A stretch of 64,000 nucleotides of DNA from Minisyncoccota bacterium (lineage in GTDB: Bacteria > Patescibacteriota > Minisyncoccia > Phycocordibacterales > UBA9973): positions 75,969 to 139,968 of the forward strand of contig JAIPHX010000003.1 of the NCBI GenBank assembly GCA_021734995.1, in the 5' to 3' direction. The position numbers and the translations under genes were made by a program. The notes under the pieces were generated by a model. The model was not told where the DNA came from and made no database searches. It worked only from the letters and a program-made list of their open reading frames with translations. Position 1 is the stretch's first letter. The number at the start of each line of letters is the position of its first letter. Shown here piece after piece: positions 1-7,902 of the stretch.

Positions 1-257
1 CCGTGTGTTTTTTCATATGTAGGCATTATATCACAAAATTATCTTTGTATTAGATATTGATAATATTATTTTGTGTTTAAAAACTTGCTTTTATTTAAAT
101 AGTATGATATACTTGTGATGTGAGTGTGAGGTTGATCCTCACTCTTAATCGAAAAACATATGTGCCGTAAAAGCCCCCTGATGTAAGTCGGTGGGTTTTT
201 ACGTTTTATGTTGCAAATATTATGAATATATGTAGTATTAATTTTAATTAAAGTTTT

Positions 258-1049
258 TTGAAATTATTGAAACTGGAGGCAGAAATGCTTATATTCTCAG
301 ATTTTGACGGGACTATAGCAGAAACTTTTCTGCCTAGTCCTAATAATATTGGGGTAAATCAGGCTTATGAAATAGCCTGTGAAAAAATATGGGGTAATGT
401 AGGGGTAAAAAGATTCCATGCTGTTGGGGGATTACTAAACAGAGCACCTGTCCAATTAATTGAACATATGATGATGGATGATTGTAATTGGTGGCTAGAG
501 AACAGTAAATCTTTTTGGGATTTTAATAAAAATAAAGCAGAACTAAATCTCATACCTGAAGGTATGGGCGTGTCTCTAGAAAGAGATACACCTCCATTAT
601 TATTTATGTCTGAAGTTTTGGTGCGGGTAAAACTTCAGATTATGATGAAGGAAATCTCTCCAGAATGGCCCCTTCCATGCAAGGGGTTTTTGGGATTCTA
701 TAAAAAATTTCAAGGGGATTTGGCAATAATATCTTCGGGACATGATCTGTTTATTCAAAAAGTTTTTAATTCATGGGGAGTTAGAATGCCTTTTTGTTTG
801 ATTACAGATGATGTGATGCGAAGTGACCAGGCCTCCATACCTCTGGAAAAAAGATTTAAGCCCCAAATTGGTGCATTTATTTTTTTTGAAAAAAAATATG
901 GCCCCATAAAAAAGGACCAAACTGTTTATGTGGGGGATAGTTTGGTACACGATGGGGGCCTCGCCGAAAACTTTGGGATACCATTTATTTGGTTTTCTAA
1001 AGAAAAAGGTGGGGTAGATAATTGGGAATTAATAAAAGGCTGGCAATGA
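258..1049 (+). CDS. HAD-superfamily hydrolase
   Basis: Motif I FSDFDGTIA (DxDGT) near N-terminus and motif IV YVGDSLVHDG. The true start may be the internal ATG at 286 (MLIFSDFDG). Confidence 0.6.
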   Translation: MKLLKLEAEMLIFSDFDGTIAETFLPSPNNIGVNQAYEIACEKIWGNVGVKRFHAVGGLLNRAPVQLIEHMMMDDCNWWLENSKSFWDFNKNKAELNLIPEGMGVSLERDTPPLLFMSEVLVRVKLQIMMKEISPEWPLPCKGFLGFYKKFQGDLAIISSGHDLFIQKVFNSWGVRMPFCLITDDVMRSDQASIPLEKRFKPQIGAFIFFEKKYGPIKKDQTVYVGDSLVHDGGLAENFGIPFIWFSKEKGGVDNWELIKGWQ

Positions 1050-1070
1050 TTTGCTGGCCTTATTTATTCT
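1037..1070 (+). terminator. rho-independent terminator-like hairpin
   Basis: aggctggcaa-tgat-ttgctggcct forms a 10-bp stem (2 G-U pairs) followed by tatttattct. It overlaps the stop of the HAD gene. Confidence 0.45.
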
Positions 1071-1175
1071 GTATAAGCTCAGATATGTATGGCAGTCTTG
1101 ATTGATAAAAACTAGTATGCAGATACATTTAAATTGTTTACTTTTATCTATATTATGATATATTAACTTCTGTAA

Positions 1176-1251
1176 GGGCCCTTAGCTTAGTTGGTAGAGC
1201 GCCTCATTTGCAATGAGGAGGTCAGGAGTTCGAATCTCCTAGGGTCCACCA
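1176..1251 (+). tRNA. tRNA-Ala(UGC)
   Basis: Cloverleaf readable: acceptor gggccct/agggtcc with the G3:U70 Ala identity pair, anticodon loop cuUGCaa, T-loop gttcgaatc, encoded CCA. Confidence 0.9.
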
Positions 1252-1253
1252 GT

Positions 1254-1514
1254 ATGCCAGCAAAAGAACAATTAATTGACTTTGCGTATTCTCTAAAAAA
1301 TGTATTGGAGTCTGTTCCAAATGGGTTGATTTGGATACTTTTTGCTGTAGGTATTTTGATTGCAGGTACTTTTACTGCTATTTTGATTTATCATTGGAAA
1401 CATTTTGGGGTAGAAAGTAAATTGATTGTGAAAGGGGAGAGAATGTATTATATCGGTATAGCAATCCTGATTATTGTAATGCTTGTTACCGCTTTTATGT
1501 TTACTAATAAATAA
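1254..1514 (+). CDS. small membrane protein (2 TM)
   Basis: In-frame ATG just after the tRNA. The track ORF 1191..1514 would overlap the tRNA, so the start was moved to M22. Two hydrophobic helices. Confidence 0.45.
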   Translation: MPAKEQLIDFAYSLKNVLESVPNGLIWILFAVGILIAGTFTAILIYHWKHFGVESKLIVKGERMYYIGIAILIIVMLVTAFMFTNK

Positions 1515-1517
1515 CTT

Positions 1518-2024
1518 ATGTCACTTTTTTTAGAAAATGAAAAATTAATATTTGAAGCTAGAAAACATTCTTTCTATTTTTATGCGCATGTGACAGGTGT
1601 AAGTATTATTGCAATTCTTCCTTTACTTATCCATAGAATAACAATTATTTTTGTACCAATAGAGCATTCTGTCGCGTTGATTTCTTTCTTGCTATTTTTC
1701 TATGCACTTTATCTTTTAATTCCTTGGATTTACGCATTTGTTACATGGACTGATTATAGTATGGATGCATGGTTTGTAACTGATAGCAGAGTTGTTGATT
1801 TTGAATTGAAAGGACTTTTCAAAAGTGAAGTAGCAAGTGTAAATTTAAGTGAGATTCAAGATATTAAAGTAGAGGTAAATGGAATAATTGAAAATATGCT
1901 CAAGATTGGGGATGTCCATATTCAGACAGCAGGGGCTAGTAAAGAGTTTGTGATCAATGGGATAGCTAATCCAGCAGAGTTGAAAAACAAAATACTGGAG
2001 GCAAAGAATGTCTATAAAAGATAG
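1518..2024 (+). CDS. membrane protein with bacterial PH-like (YdbS/YdbT-type) domain
   Basis: Two N-terminal TM helices followed by a soluble domain. Architecture resembles the bPH_2 family. Identification is weak. Confidence 0.4.
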   Translation: MSLFLENEKLIFEARKHSFYFYAHVTGVSIIAILPLLIHRITIIFVPIEHSVALISFLLFFYALYLLIPWIYAFVTWTDYSMDAWFVTDSRVVDFELKGLFKSEVASVNLSEIQDIKVEVNGIIENMLKIGDVHIQTAGASKEFVINGIANPAELKNKILEAKNVYKR

Positions 2025-2128
2025 GGGAATATGGATAAAGTGAAAGGAAAGAGGTCTTTAAGATTTTATGCTTGTTTTTTGTGATATTTTTGGTAATATA
2101 ATTAAAGTTCTTTCAACAATTAAAACAT

Positions 2129-2448
2129 TCGGGAGTAGCTCAGCGGTAGAGCGGTCGCCTGTGGAAATGTATTACGCAGCTTTCTATCTAAAGATAGATC
2201 GAAAACGAGGTGAATTCGGGGAAGCCCAATCTTATAACAAGAGGGTAATCCCGAGCCAAGCCCTTTAATAGGGAAGGTGTAGAGACTATCCTTTATGGAG
2301 TAGCTTCATAATTTATTTATGTTGCGAAGCGCCTCGCTTCTAAGTCTTGAGAGTAATCAAAAGATATGAAGATGATATAGTCCATACTTCTAGTAATAGA
2401 AGATAAAATGTAAGCGATTGGTCGTAGGTTCGATCCCTACCTCCCGAG
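2129..2448 (+). tRNA. tRNA-Asn(GUU) interrupted by a group I intron (exons 2129..2162 and 2411..2448)
   Basis: Exon 1 is tcgggag-ta-gctcagcggtagagc-g-gtcgc-cugu. Exon 2 is uaa-gcgat-tggtc-gtaggttcgatccctac-ctcccga-g. Acceptor stems are exactly complementary. The spliced anticodon loop is CUGUUAA, identical to the E. coli tRNA-Asn loop. Confidence 0.8.
2163..2410 (+). ncRNA. group I intron (IC3-like) in tRNA anticodon loop
   Basis: The intron follows an exon U that pairs in P1 (ctgt/gcag, U.G at the splice site) and ends with omega-G. Conserved core elements are present: gaattcggggaagcccaa (P/P3-P4), aatcccgagccaagcc (Q), gaaggtgtagagactatcc (R), gaagatgatatagtcc (S). These resemble the Azoarcus/Anabaena tRNA introns. 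Confidence 0.8.
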
Positions 2449-3993
2449 CAATGTTTTGTATTTAGTGCTATTTTTACTTTTTACCTTACTGGTATTAGGT
2501 TTTTTGAGTTCGAAGATTTGTTGAGCGTCAATTCGCTCTTGAATCCTCTTTGAAATCTTTTTTACCGAACTTTTCAATACTGTATTGGCTTTTTTGTCTT
2601 TTAATATCAAGTTCGAAAAAATATGAGATAAAAGCAGTCGGCGCTCCTCCGGACTTCTCTTTTCGTAAATTTCTCTGGCCCGGCGTGCTAGATCAAGGAT
2701 GTTGATGTAAAGCTCAAAGTATTTCGTCTCTTCATTTTTGAGCTTGGTTATTTTATTCTGAATTTCTGCTTGCTCGGCATTTATTTCTTTCTGTTTGCTT
2801 TCCCACTTTTCTGGAGTTATCTTTTCTGACAGTCGGTCGTTGTAGAGTATATCCAACTGCCTCTGTAATGAGTTATAGCGTTGATCCAGAGCTTTAAGAG
2901 TGTTTTCCTTGTATTCAGCTTCTAGCTTGTGATCAGCTTTAATTCTGTCTCGTATAATGTCCGCTTCTTTTTCAGTTATATTTTCAAAGAAACTAAATAC
3001 TCCCATTAAGGAAGTATCCAAATCCGTTTCCTTTGTCATCCCTTTTTGGGTGCATGGTCGGTTGTGCTTGCAGGAGTAGTAAATAGTTCCTTTCTGTATC
3101 TCGCCACTGATTGAGCCACCACACTCTCCGCACTCTATCATTTTACTGAATTGGAATGTATGTCTTTTGTAATGTGGAGATTTTCCGCGTGTTAGCGTAA
3201 ATTGAACCTTTTCAAATAATTCTTTGGATACTAGAGGGGCGTGAAGGCCATTCGTGTAGGTAATGTCATTCCACCTTATACTGCCCATATAGAATGGGTC
3301 GCGTAATATGTCCTCCAACCTGCTCTTTGAGAGCTTGCTACCATTCCGGGTCCTTAATCCATCTTCATACAGCTTTTCTCGCAGAGATATCAATGAATAG
3401 TTCCCGGTTGAGTAATACTCAAACGCTTTTCTCATAAACGGAGCTTTTGTCTCGTCAAACACATGGGTCTTGTGGCCCTTCTCGCCAACTGTTTTGTATC
3501 CAAGTGGTGGTTTGGCTGGAAGCCAACCCTGCGCAATTTTTTCCTTCTGACCTTTTTTCACTTCTTCAGAAAGATTTGAGATGTATTTTTTAGCAAGAAC
3601 TATTTCAATATCCCAACGAAATTTTTCATCTGATTTAGCATTTCTATGAATTACAAGATTTTGCTTCACAAAATGAATTTGTCTTTTTTCATCTGCTTCA
3701 ATCCAGTCATTAGCAACAACTGCTTCTTTTAGATTTCTAGTAAGACGATCAACTTTTTCACAAAGAAGAATTGGTATATTCTTCTTACTAATAAACTCAA
3801 TCATTTCTCCGAATATTTTTCTTTGCTTTGATCCACTAGCTGATTCAGCTATTGAAAAAACTTTTACAACATCAAACCCCTTACGAGTAGCATATTCTAC
3901 AAGTAATTTTTCTTGTGCCGGAAGAGAATAACCAGTTTCTTCTTGTTCTCTCGATGATACTCTGCAATAGATTACACATTTATTTTTTTCCAT
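2437..3993 (-). CDS. large serine recombinase (resolvase/invertase N-domain, recombinase domain, zinc ribbon)
   Basis: N-terminal VIYCRVSSREQ catalytic serine motif and VDRLTRN. Central recombinase domain. CGECGG...YYSC zinc ribbon. Coiled-coil C-terminus. The stop codon overlaps the 3' end of tRNA-Asn. Confidence 0.85.
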   Translation of the reverse strand: MEKNKCVIYCRVSSREQEETGYSLPAQEKLLVEYATRKGFDVVKVFSIAESASGSKQRKIFGEMIEFISKKNIPILLCEKVDRLTRNLKEAVVANDWIEADEKRQIHFVKQNLVIHRNAKSDEKFRWDIEIVLAKKYISNLSEEVKKGQKEKIAQGWLPAKPPLGYKTVGEKGHKTHVFDETKAPFMRKAFEYYSTGNYSLISLREKLYEDGLRTRNGSKLSKSRLEDILRDPFYMGSIRWNDITYTNGLHAPLVSKELFEKVQFTLTRGKSPHYKRHTFQFSKMIECGECGGSISGEIQKGTIYYSCKHNRPCTQKGMTKETDLDTSLMGVFSFFENITEKEADIIRDRIKADHKLEAEYKENTLKALDQRYNSLQRQLDILYNDRLSEKITPEKWESKQKEINAEQAEIQNKITKLKNEETKYFELYINILDLARRAREIYEKRSPEERRLLLSHIFSNLILKDKKANTVLKSSVKKISKRIQERIDAQQIFELKKPNTSKVKSKNSTKYKTLLGR

Positions 3994-4131
3994 GTTTTTA
4001 TATTATATCTTAAAACTAATAATTTCTTAAATTGAGAGAATGTTCTCTCTTGGTTTTATCTATGATGTATTCTCTGTATATAGTATTTATGCAAGAACCA
4101 GCAATCAGTTTGCTGAAATCAACAAACTAGT

Positions 4132-4509
4132 TTACCCATATAAACTTCTACCAGAAGCTTTTTCTAATAAAGGGAAAAGTTTTTCTTTATCAATGTGAAA
4201 ATGTCTTTTTCTTGGCATTCCTCTTGATTCTACTAATAAAATTCCTAATTCTTTCCATATTTTTATAGCCCTGTCTTGCTCACTCCTAGTCATGCCAGTT
4301 TCTTTTTTTATTTCATCTATAGTCTTATAAATCCAATCTCGATCATATCCCTTATGCCACCAAAATAATAATTGCGAAAGAAATAGTCCAGCAAGTGAAC
4401 TATTGGAAATACGAGCTAAAATGGGATTAAACGCTATTGGTTTTTCTCCTAATTTTTCAATAATTAAAGAATTAAAATTCTTATTTAGTTTTTTGTTCAG
4501 CTCATTCAT
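4132..4509 (-). CDS. putative phage-type DNA-binding/replication-associated protein
   Basis: Small basic protein with a winged-helix-like segment (GMTRSEQDRAIKIWKELGIL). It sits next to the recombinase. Family assignment is uncertain. Confidence 0.35.
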   Translation of the reverse strand: MNELNKKLNKNFNSLIIEKLGEKPIAFNPILARISNSSLAGLFLSQLLFWWHKGYDRDWIYKTIDEIKKETGMTRSEQDRAIKIWKELGILLVESRGMPRKRHFHIDKEKLFPLLEKASGRSLYG

Positions 4510-4517
4510 AAATTTTC

Positions 4518-4739
4518 TTAAATGTTAGAACCTAAAACTGGCCCTCTAGGAGCTGATACTAGGGGGTCAGTTTTAAGTGCCGACATTTCTTTTTGTTTAT
4601 CTTCATAATCAAATTTTGCTAGCAAATCAAAAAAGGAAGAGATGTCATCCAACTCAAAAATATCAAACTCTTCATTTGTTTGATTATTTAAGTTCATTGT
4701 TGAAATACCAAAGACATATTTTTTCAACTGTCTTTGCAA
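4518..4739 (-). CDS. hypothetical acidic small protein
   Basis: ORF only. It overlaps the 3' end of the RHH-like ORF 4684..4851 in another frame. The start may be the internal Met (MNLNNQ). Confidence 0.3.
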   Translation of the reverse strand: MQRQLKKYVFGISTMNLNNQTNEEFDIFELDDISSFFDLLAKFDYEDKQKEMSALKTDPLVSAPRGPVLGSNI

Positions 4740-4851
4740 TAGTGCGATTATCTTCTACGGCCTTTTTCAAAAGCTTTTGGTGAATATAAGAATCAACACG
4801 AATCTGTTTCGTTATTCTTTTTCTTTTTGCACGATAAATTATCTTTACCAT
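4684..4851 (-). CDS. ribbon-helix-helix (CopG/Arc-like) DNA-binding protein, 55 aa
   Basis: Not in the ORF track (below size cutoff). Reads MVKIIYRAKRKRITKQIRVDSYIHQKLLKKAVEDNRTIAKTVEKI. This fits the RHH pattern of a basic beta-strand (KQIRVD) followed by two helices. Confidence 0.5.
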   Translation of the reverse strand: MVKIIYRAKRKRITKQIRVDSYIHQKLLKKAVEDNRTIAKTVEKICLWYFNNELK

Positions 4852-4983
4852 GCTTTAAGGATAGCTTTTTGAAAGTCATGTATGTAGATACGATAGAAAA
4901 ATTAGTAAATTAAAAATACCTAACGATTTATTGGATATTCTAGTTAGTTTGAAAAGCTCTCCACCGTATTTTTAGCGTATATC

Positions 4984-5607
4984 TTATTTTACTTTATATA
5001 CATCAGTATTTATCTCATATCCACCGTGTTTATTTATTATTAGAGGTTCTTTCTTTAACAGTTCAAGTTTATTATAAGTTCTTTCATTTACTTCTTTTAC
5101 AGTTCTAGCCCAGTTGTTTTTACCGTCTCCCAGCTCTGATCTTTTTAATGGTTTAGGACTATTTTTTAATTTATCTATTAAATCAATAGGATATTTTTCA
5201 AATTTAAAATCACATATAAAGACTTTACCATCTTTGTTTCTTTTTAGAGTATTGTCTTCAAAATATAAAATTATCAAACTATCTTCTTCTAATTCATTTT
5301 TAAGAGTTTTTATTTTTTCTCTTGTAGACCATGTATCTAATCTCCTTAAAAAAATACTGTTTTTAGACAATTCATCATCAAAACCAACTCTATTTTTTAT
5401 AACTAAATTAGTTTTTTCAATTACTTCAGATAATTTTTTTATATCTGCAACACTCACACCATACGCCCCCATGGAAGAGAAAGGTATTTCTATATGTTCC
5501 GAAGGACTAGTTTCATTCTGATATTTTTCAATCATATCTATTGATTCTAATAATTTATCACAGTCAGTTTTTGTTAGTTTATTTTTATTAACAATTTTTG
5601 GTTCCAT
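4984..5607 (-). CDS. hypothetical protein (element cargo)
   Basis: 207-aa ORF with no recognisable motif. Lies inside the putative integrated element. Confidence 0.4.
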   Translation of the reverse strand: MEPKIVNKNKLTKTDCDKLLESIDMIEKYQNETSPSEHIEIPFSSMGAYGVSVADIKKLSEVIEKTNLVIKNRVGFDDELSKNSIFLRRLDTWSTREKIKTLKNELEEDSLIILYFEDNTLKRNKDGKVFICDFKFEKYPIDLIDKLKNSPKPLKRSELGDGKNNWARTVKEVNERTYNKLELLKKEPLIINKHGGYEINTDVYKVK

Positions 5608-5995
5608 AATAAATATAATCTCATTTTTTTACGCTTTTGTCGACAATTTATTCTCCTATAACACCCCTTAAAATGCGACCATTTGCTCCACATATTTTCT
5701 TACGATTTCCTATGTGAAGAAAATACTTATTTTTTATTAAAAAATCATAATATGATATCAAACAAATAACTCGATAAATAAAGAATTTTTTGATCACACA
5801 ATCCCTCTTTATGCGACCTTTTGCGACCATATCAGACCCCACGTTTTCCCCCTATTTCCACCCATCATTATCAGACATTTTCAGATATCATGTTTCCGAC
5901 CATTTCCGCCGATATACTTTATTGTATTTGTCGACAAAAAGAGCTATTATAAAAATACAACGCCTAAACCAGAAATGGCATGGCTACATAAGAAT

Positions 5996-6041
5996 CCCAC
6001 GCAAATAGTAATGGCCTCATAGTCATCACCATTTGCGTGGG
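5996..6041. promoter_or_regulatory. 11-bp perfect inverted repeat cccacgcaaat / atttgcgtggg (24-bp spacer)
   Basis: Seen directly. A third copy of cccacgcaaa sits at 6137..6146, abutting the ATG of the 6147 gene. A second hairpin gtatcctc-gaaa-gaggatac is at 6064..6083. Confidence 0.5.
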
Positions 6042-6146
6042 TCCATATTCGAAAGAGTATGGGGTATCCTCGAAAGAGGATACCAGATGGTCTGTGAGGC
6101 CTTTACTGTTTTCACAACCATATTATAAATTAAAAACCCACGCAAA

Positions 6147-7100
6147 ATGAAAAAAATACAAATAGTTTTTTTGTTTATTTTTTGCCTTTTTTCTTTTAAT
6201 GCAGTTCATGCAGAAACTTTAATTATCAAATCGGTAGAAAAAAGAATTGAAGATATTGAAAAAATGAGAGAAAAATTAGATAAAGACAATGAGACAAATT
6301 ACAAACAACTCCAAGCCGAACTTAAAAGTTTAAGTGCTCAAATAGATAGTAATATAAAAAGTAATTTTACTTGTGTTCAGCCGGTTGCTATGTGTGATGA
6401 ATCTACTTACCAAAGAATAAGAGGAATCGCTATATCAAATGGTCTTACCCCAGACGCCATCGAACTTGCTCAATGCAGAGCCAAGATCGATGAGTATAAT
6501 CAAAAACTTCAAGAATATAATATATGTTTTCTAAATTGGCAAAATAAAAAGATTGAGGATTCAGCACAAATAGAATATAAAAATCAATTACAAATTTATG
6601 AATTAAAAGCAGAACTTTGGTGTATTGATAAAGAGGGATATTATTCTTCTTACAACAAAAACACTAAAGAATGTGAATGTGTAGAGGGTTCAACTTTTAT
6701 CAATGGAAAATGTAAAAGCAATCTAGAGAATCTTCTTTTTTGTGCCAAAAACTTTGGCTCATTATCTTACAGTGATGAAAAAGGAGCATGTGCATGTGAA
6801 GATGGAAGTCAGTTTGATTGGAATAATAATGGTCTTTGCACTAAAAAAGAAAGATCAGTAACTGAAAACAAGTATATCCCTATTAAAGAGCGTCAAGATA
6901 TCAAAACAGCAATTATCCCATCTTCAGAAGTAAAAGCCCCGGAAATCGCAAAAACAAGGGAGGAATTACCTTCTAAAAGTGAAGTAATCCCAGAGACACC
7001 CTTACCTGTGTCTATTTCTAATACACCAGACAACAAAATACCTCAAACTACCTTTTGGAAGAAATTAAAAATTAGCATATCCAAACTTAAGTTTTGGTAG
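6147..7100 (+). CDS. secreted Cys-rich protein with N-terminal coiled coil and Pro/Thr-rich tail
   Basis: Signal peptide MKKIQIVFLFIFCLFSFNAVHA, more than 14 Cys in the central region, PETPLPVSISNTPDN tail. Confidence 0.5.
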   Translation: MKKIQIVFLFIFCLFSFNAVHAETLIIKSVEKRIEDIEKMREKLDKDNETNYKQLQAELKSLSAQIDSNIKSNFTCVQPVAMCDESTYQRIRGIAISNGLTPDAIELAQCRAKIDEYNQKLQEYNICFLNWQNKKIEDSAQIEYKNQLQIYELKAELWCIDKEGYYSSYNKNTKECECVEGSTFINGKCKSNLENLLFCAKNFGSLSYSDEKGACACEDGSQFDWNNNGLCTKKERSVTENKYIPIKERQDIKTAIIPSSEVKAPEIAKTREELPSKSEVIPETPLPVSISNTPDNKIPQTTFWKKLKISISKLKFW

Positions 7101-7107
7101 AATTTTT

Positions 7108-7371
7108 ATGCAAATAAATTTATTATTTTGGGTATTTATATTGATTACTTTCACTGGAACATCTCTATATTATTTAGGTAAGACAAAAAGAGGTAATCAA
7201 AGTGAAGTTATTAAATTTTCTGGTGGAATTATTACATTTGGCATTTTGATTACTTCTTTCTTTTTCTTGGGGTGGAAAATTGCTATTTTGTTAATCATTA
7301 TAGAATTTACAATTATTAGTTTTGTTTCTGCTTTTTTGATTGAATCTATTATGAAAAAGCGTATTAAATAA
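7108..7371 (+). CDS. small membrane protein
   Basis: Three predicted TM segments. No homology recognised. Confidence 0.4.
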   Translation: MQINLLFWVFILITFTGTSLYYLGKTKRGNQSEVIKFSGGIITFGILITSFFFLGWKIAILLIIIEFTIISFVSAFLIESIMKKRIK

Positions 7372-7389
7372 TTTATTTATAAAAGTTTT

Positions 7390-7818
7390 ATGGATAAAGA
7401 TATAGAAAAATTAAAATTATTAACAATAAACATGCTTCAAGAAACACAAAATAATGACATGGAACACAAACAACAATTAAAAAATTTAGTAATAAGTATT
7501 TTATTAACCCTTTTGCCGATTCTGATATTTATGCTAATTCCCAGTATGGGAAATAAATACTTTGATATGTTTTCCGGTAGAATAATGTATATTAGCTCTG
7601 ATCATTTCTTTTCTTTTTCACCAATCTTTGTTTTGAATTTACTGTATTTTCTACCACCAATAATCTGGATCTTTTCAATATGGTTTTGTCTTAAAATTAG
7701 AAGAGGAATACAAGACCGAAAATCATTTTTTAACTATTTCAATTTAATTTTAATTGTTTTAGGTAGTGTTGAACTCTTATATTCTTTATGGTTTTTATAT
7801 AGGTATTATTTACTGTAA
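7390..7818 (+). CDS. membrane protein
   Basis: Multiple hydrophobic helices. No homology recognised. Confidence 0.4.
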   Translation: MDKDIEKLKLLTINMLQETQNNDMEHKQQLKNLVISILLTLLPILIFMLIPSMGNKYFDMFSGRIMYISSDHFFSFSPIFVLNLLYFLPPIIWIFSIWFCLKIRRGIQDRKSFFNYFNLILIVLGSVELLYSLWFLYRYYLL

Positions 7819-7902
7819 ATGTGCTAGAATAAACTTATATCAGAAAATATTAGGTATCTATTTTGAGATTGGATATCTTTTTGGTTTTATTTTGAAAATG
7901 AG

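Noticed and set aside
130-215. Hairpins gtgagg-ttgat-cctcac and agcccc...gtgggttttt upstream of the HAD gene
   Set aside because: Short stems, and the second has poor complementarity. Not enough to call a terminator or regulatory site.
1191-1253. 5' extension of the track ORF 1191..1514
   Set aside because: The extension overlaps the 3' half of tRNA-Ala on the same strand. The in-frame ATG at 1254, immediately after the tRNA, is the plausible start.
2068-2268. 66-aa ORF in the ORF track
   Set aside because: It lies entirely over tRNA-Asn exon 1 and the group I intron core (P/Q elements), so it is an RNA gene and not coding.
2437-3993. Large serine recombinase as the integrase servicing the cassette array
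   Set aside because: It is 8 kb away, separated by unrelated genes, and tightly associated with the tRNA-Asn end instead. No sequence evidence links it to the TTCGAAC/GTTCGAA sites. It is kept only as an untested idea.
5648-6008. Two small ORFs (64 aa minus, 72 aa plus) in the 5.6-6.1 kb region
   Set aside because: The region is dense with direct and inverted repeats and has no coding signature. It is more likely regulatory/origin DNA of the integrated element.
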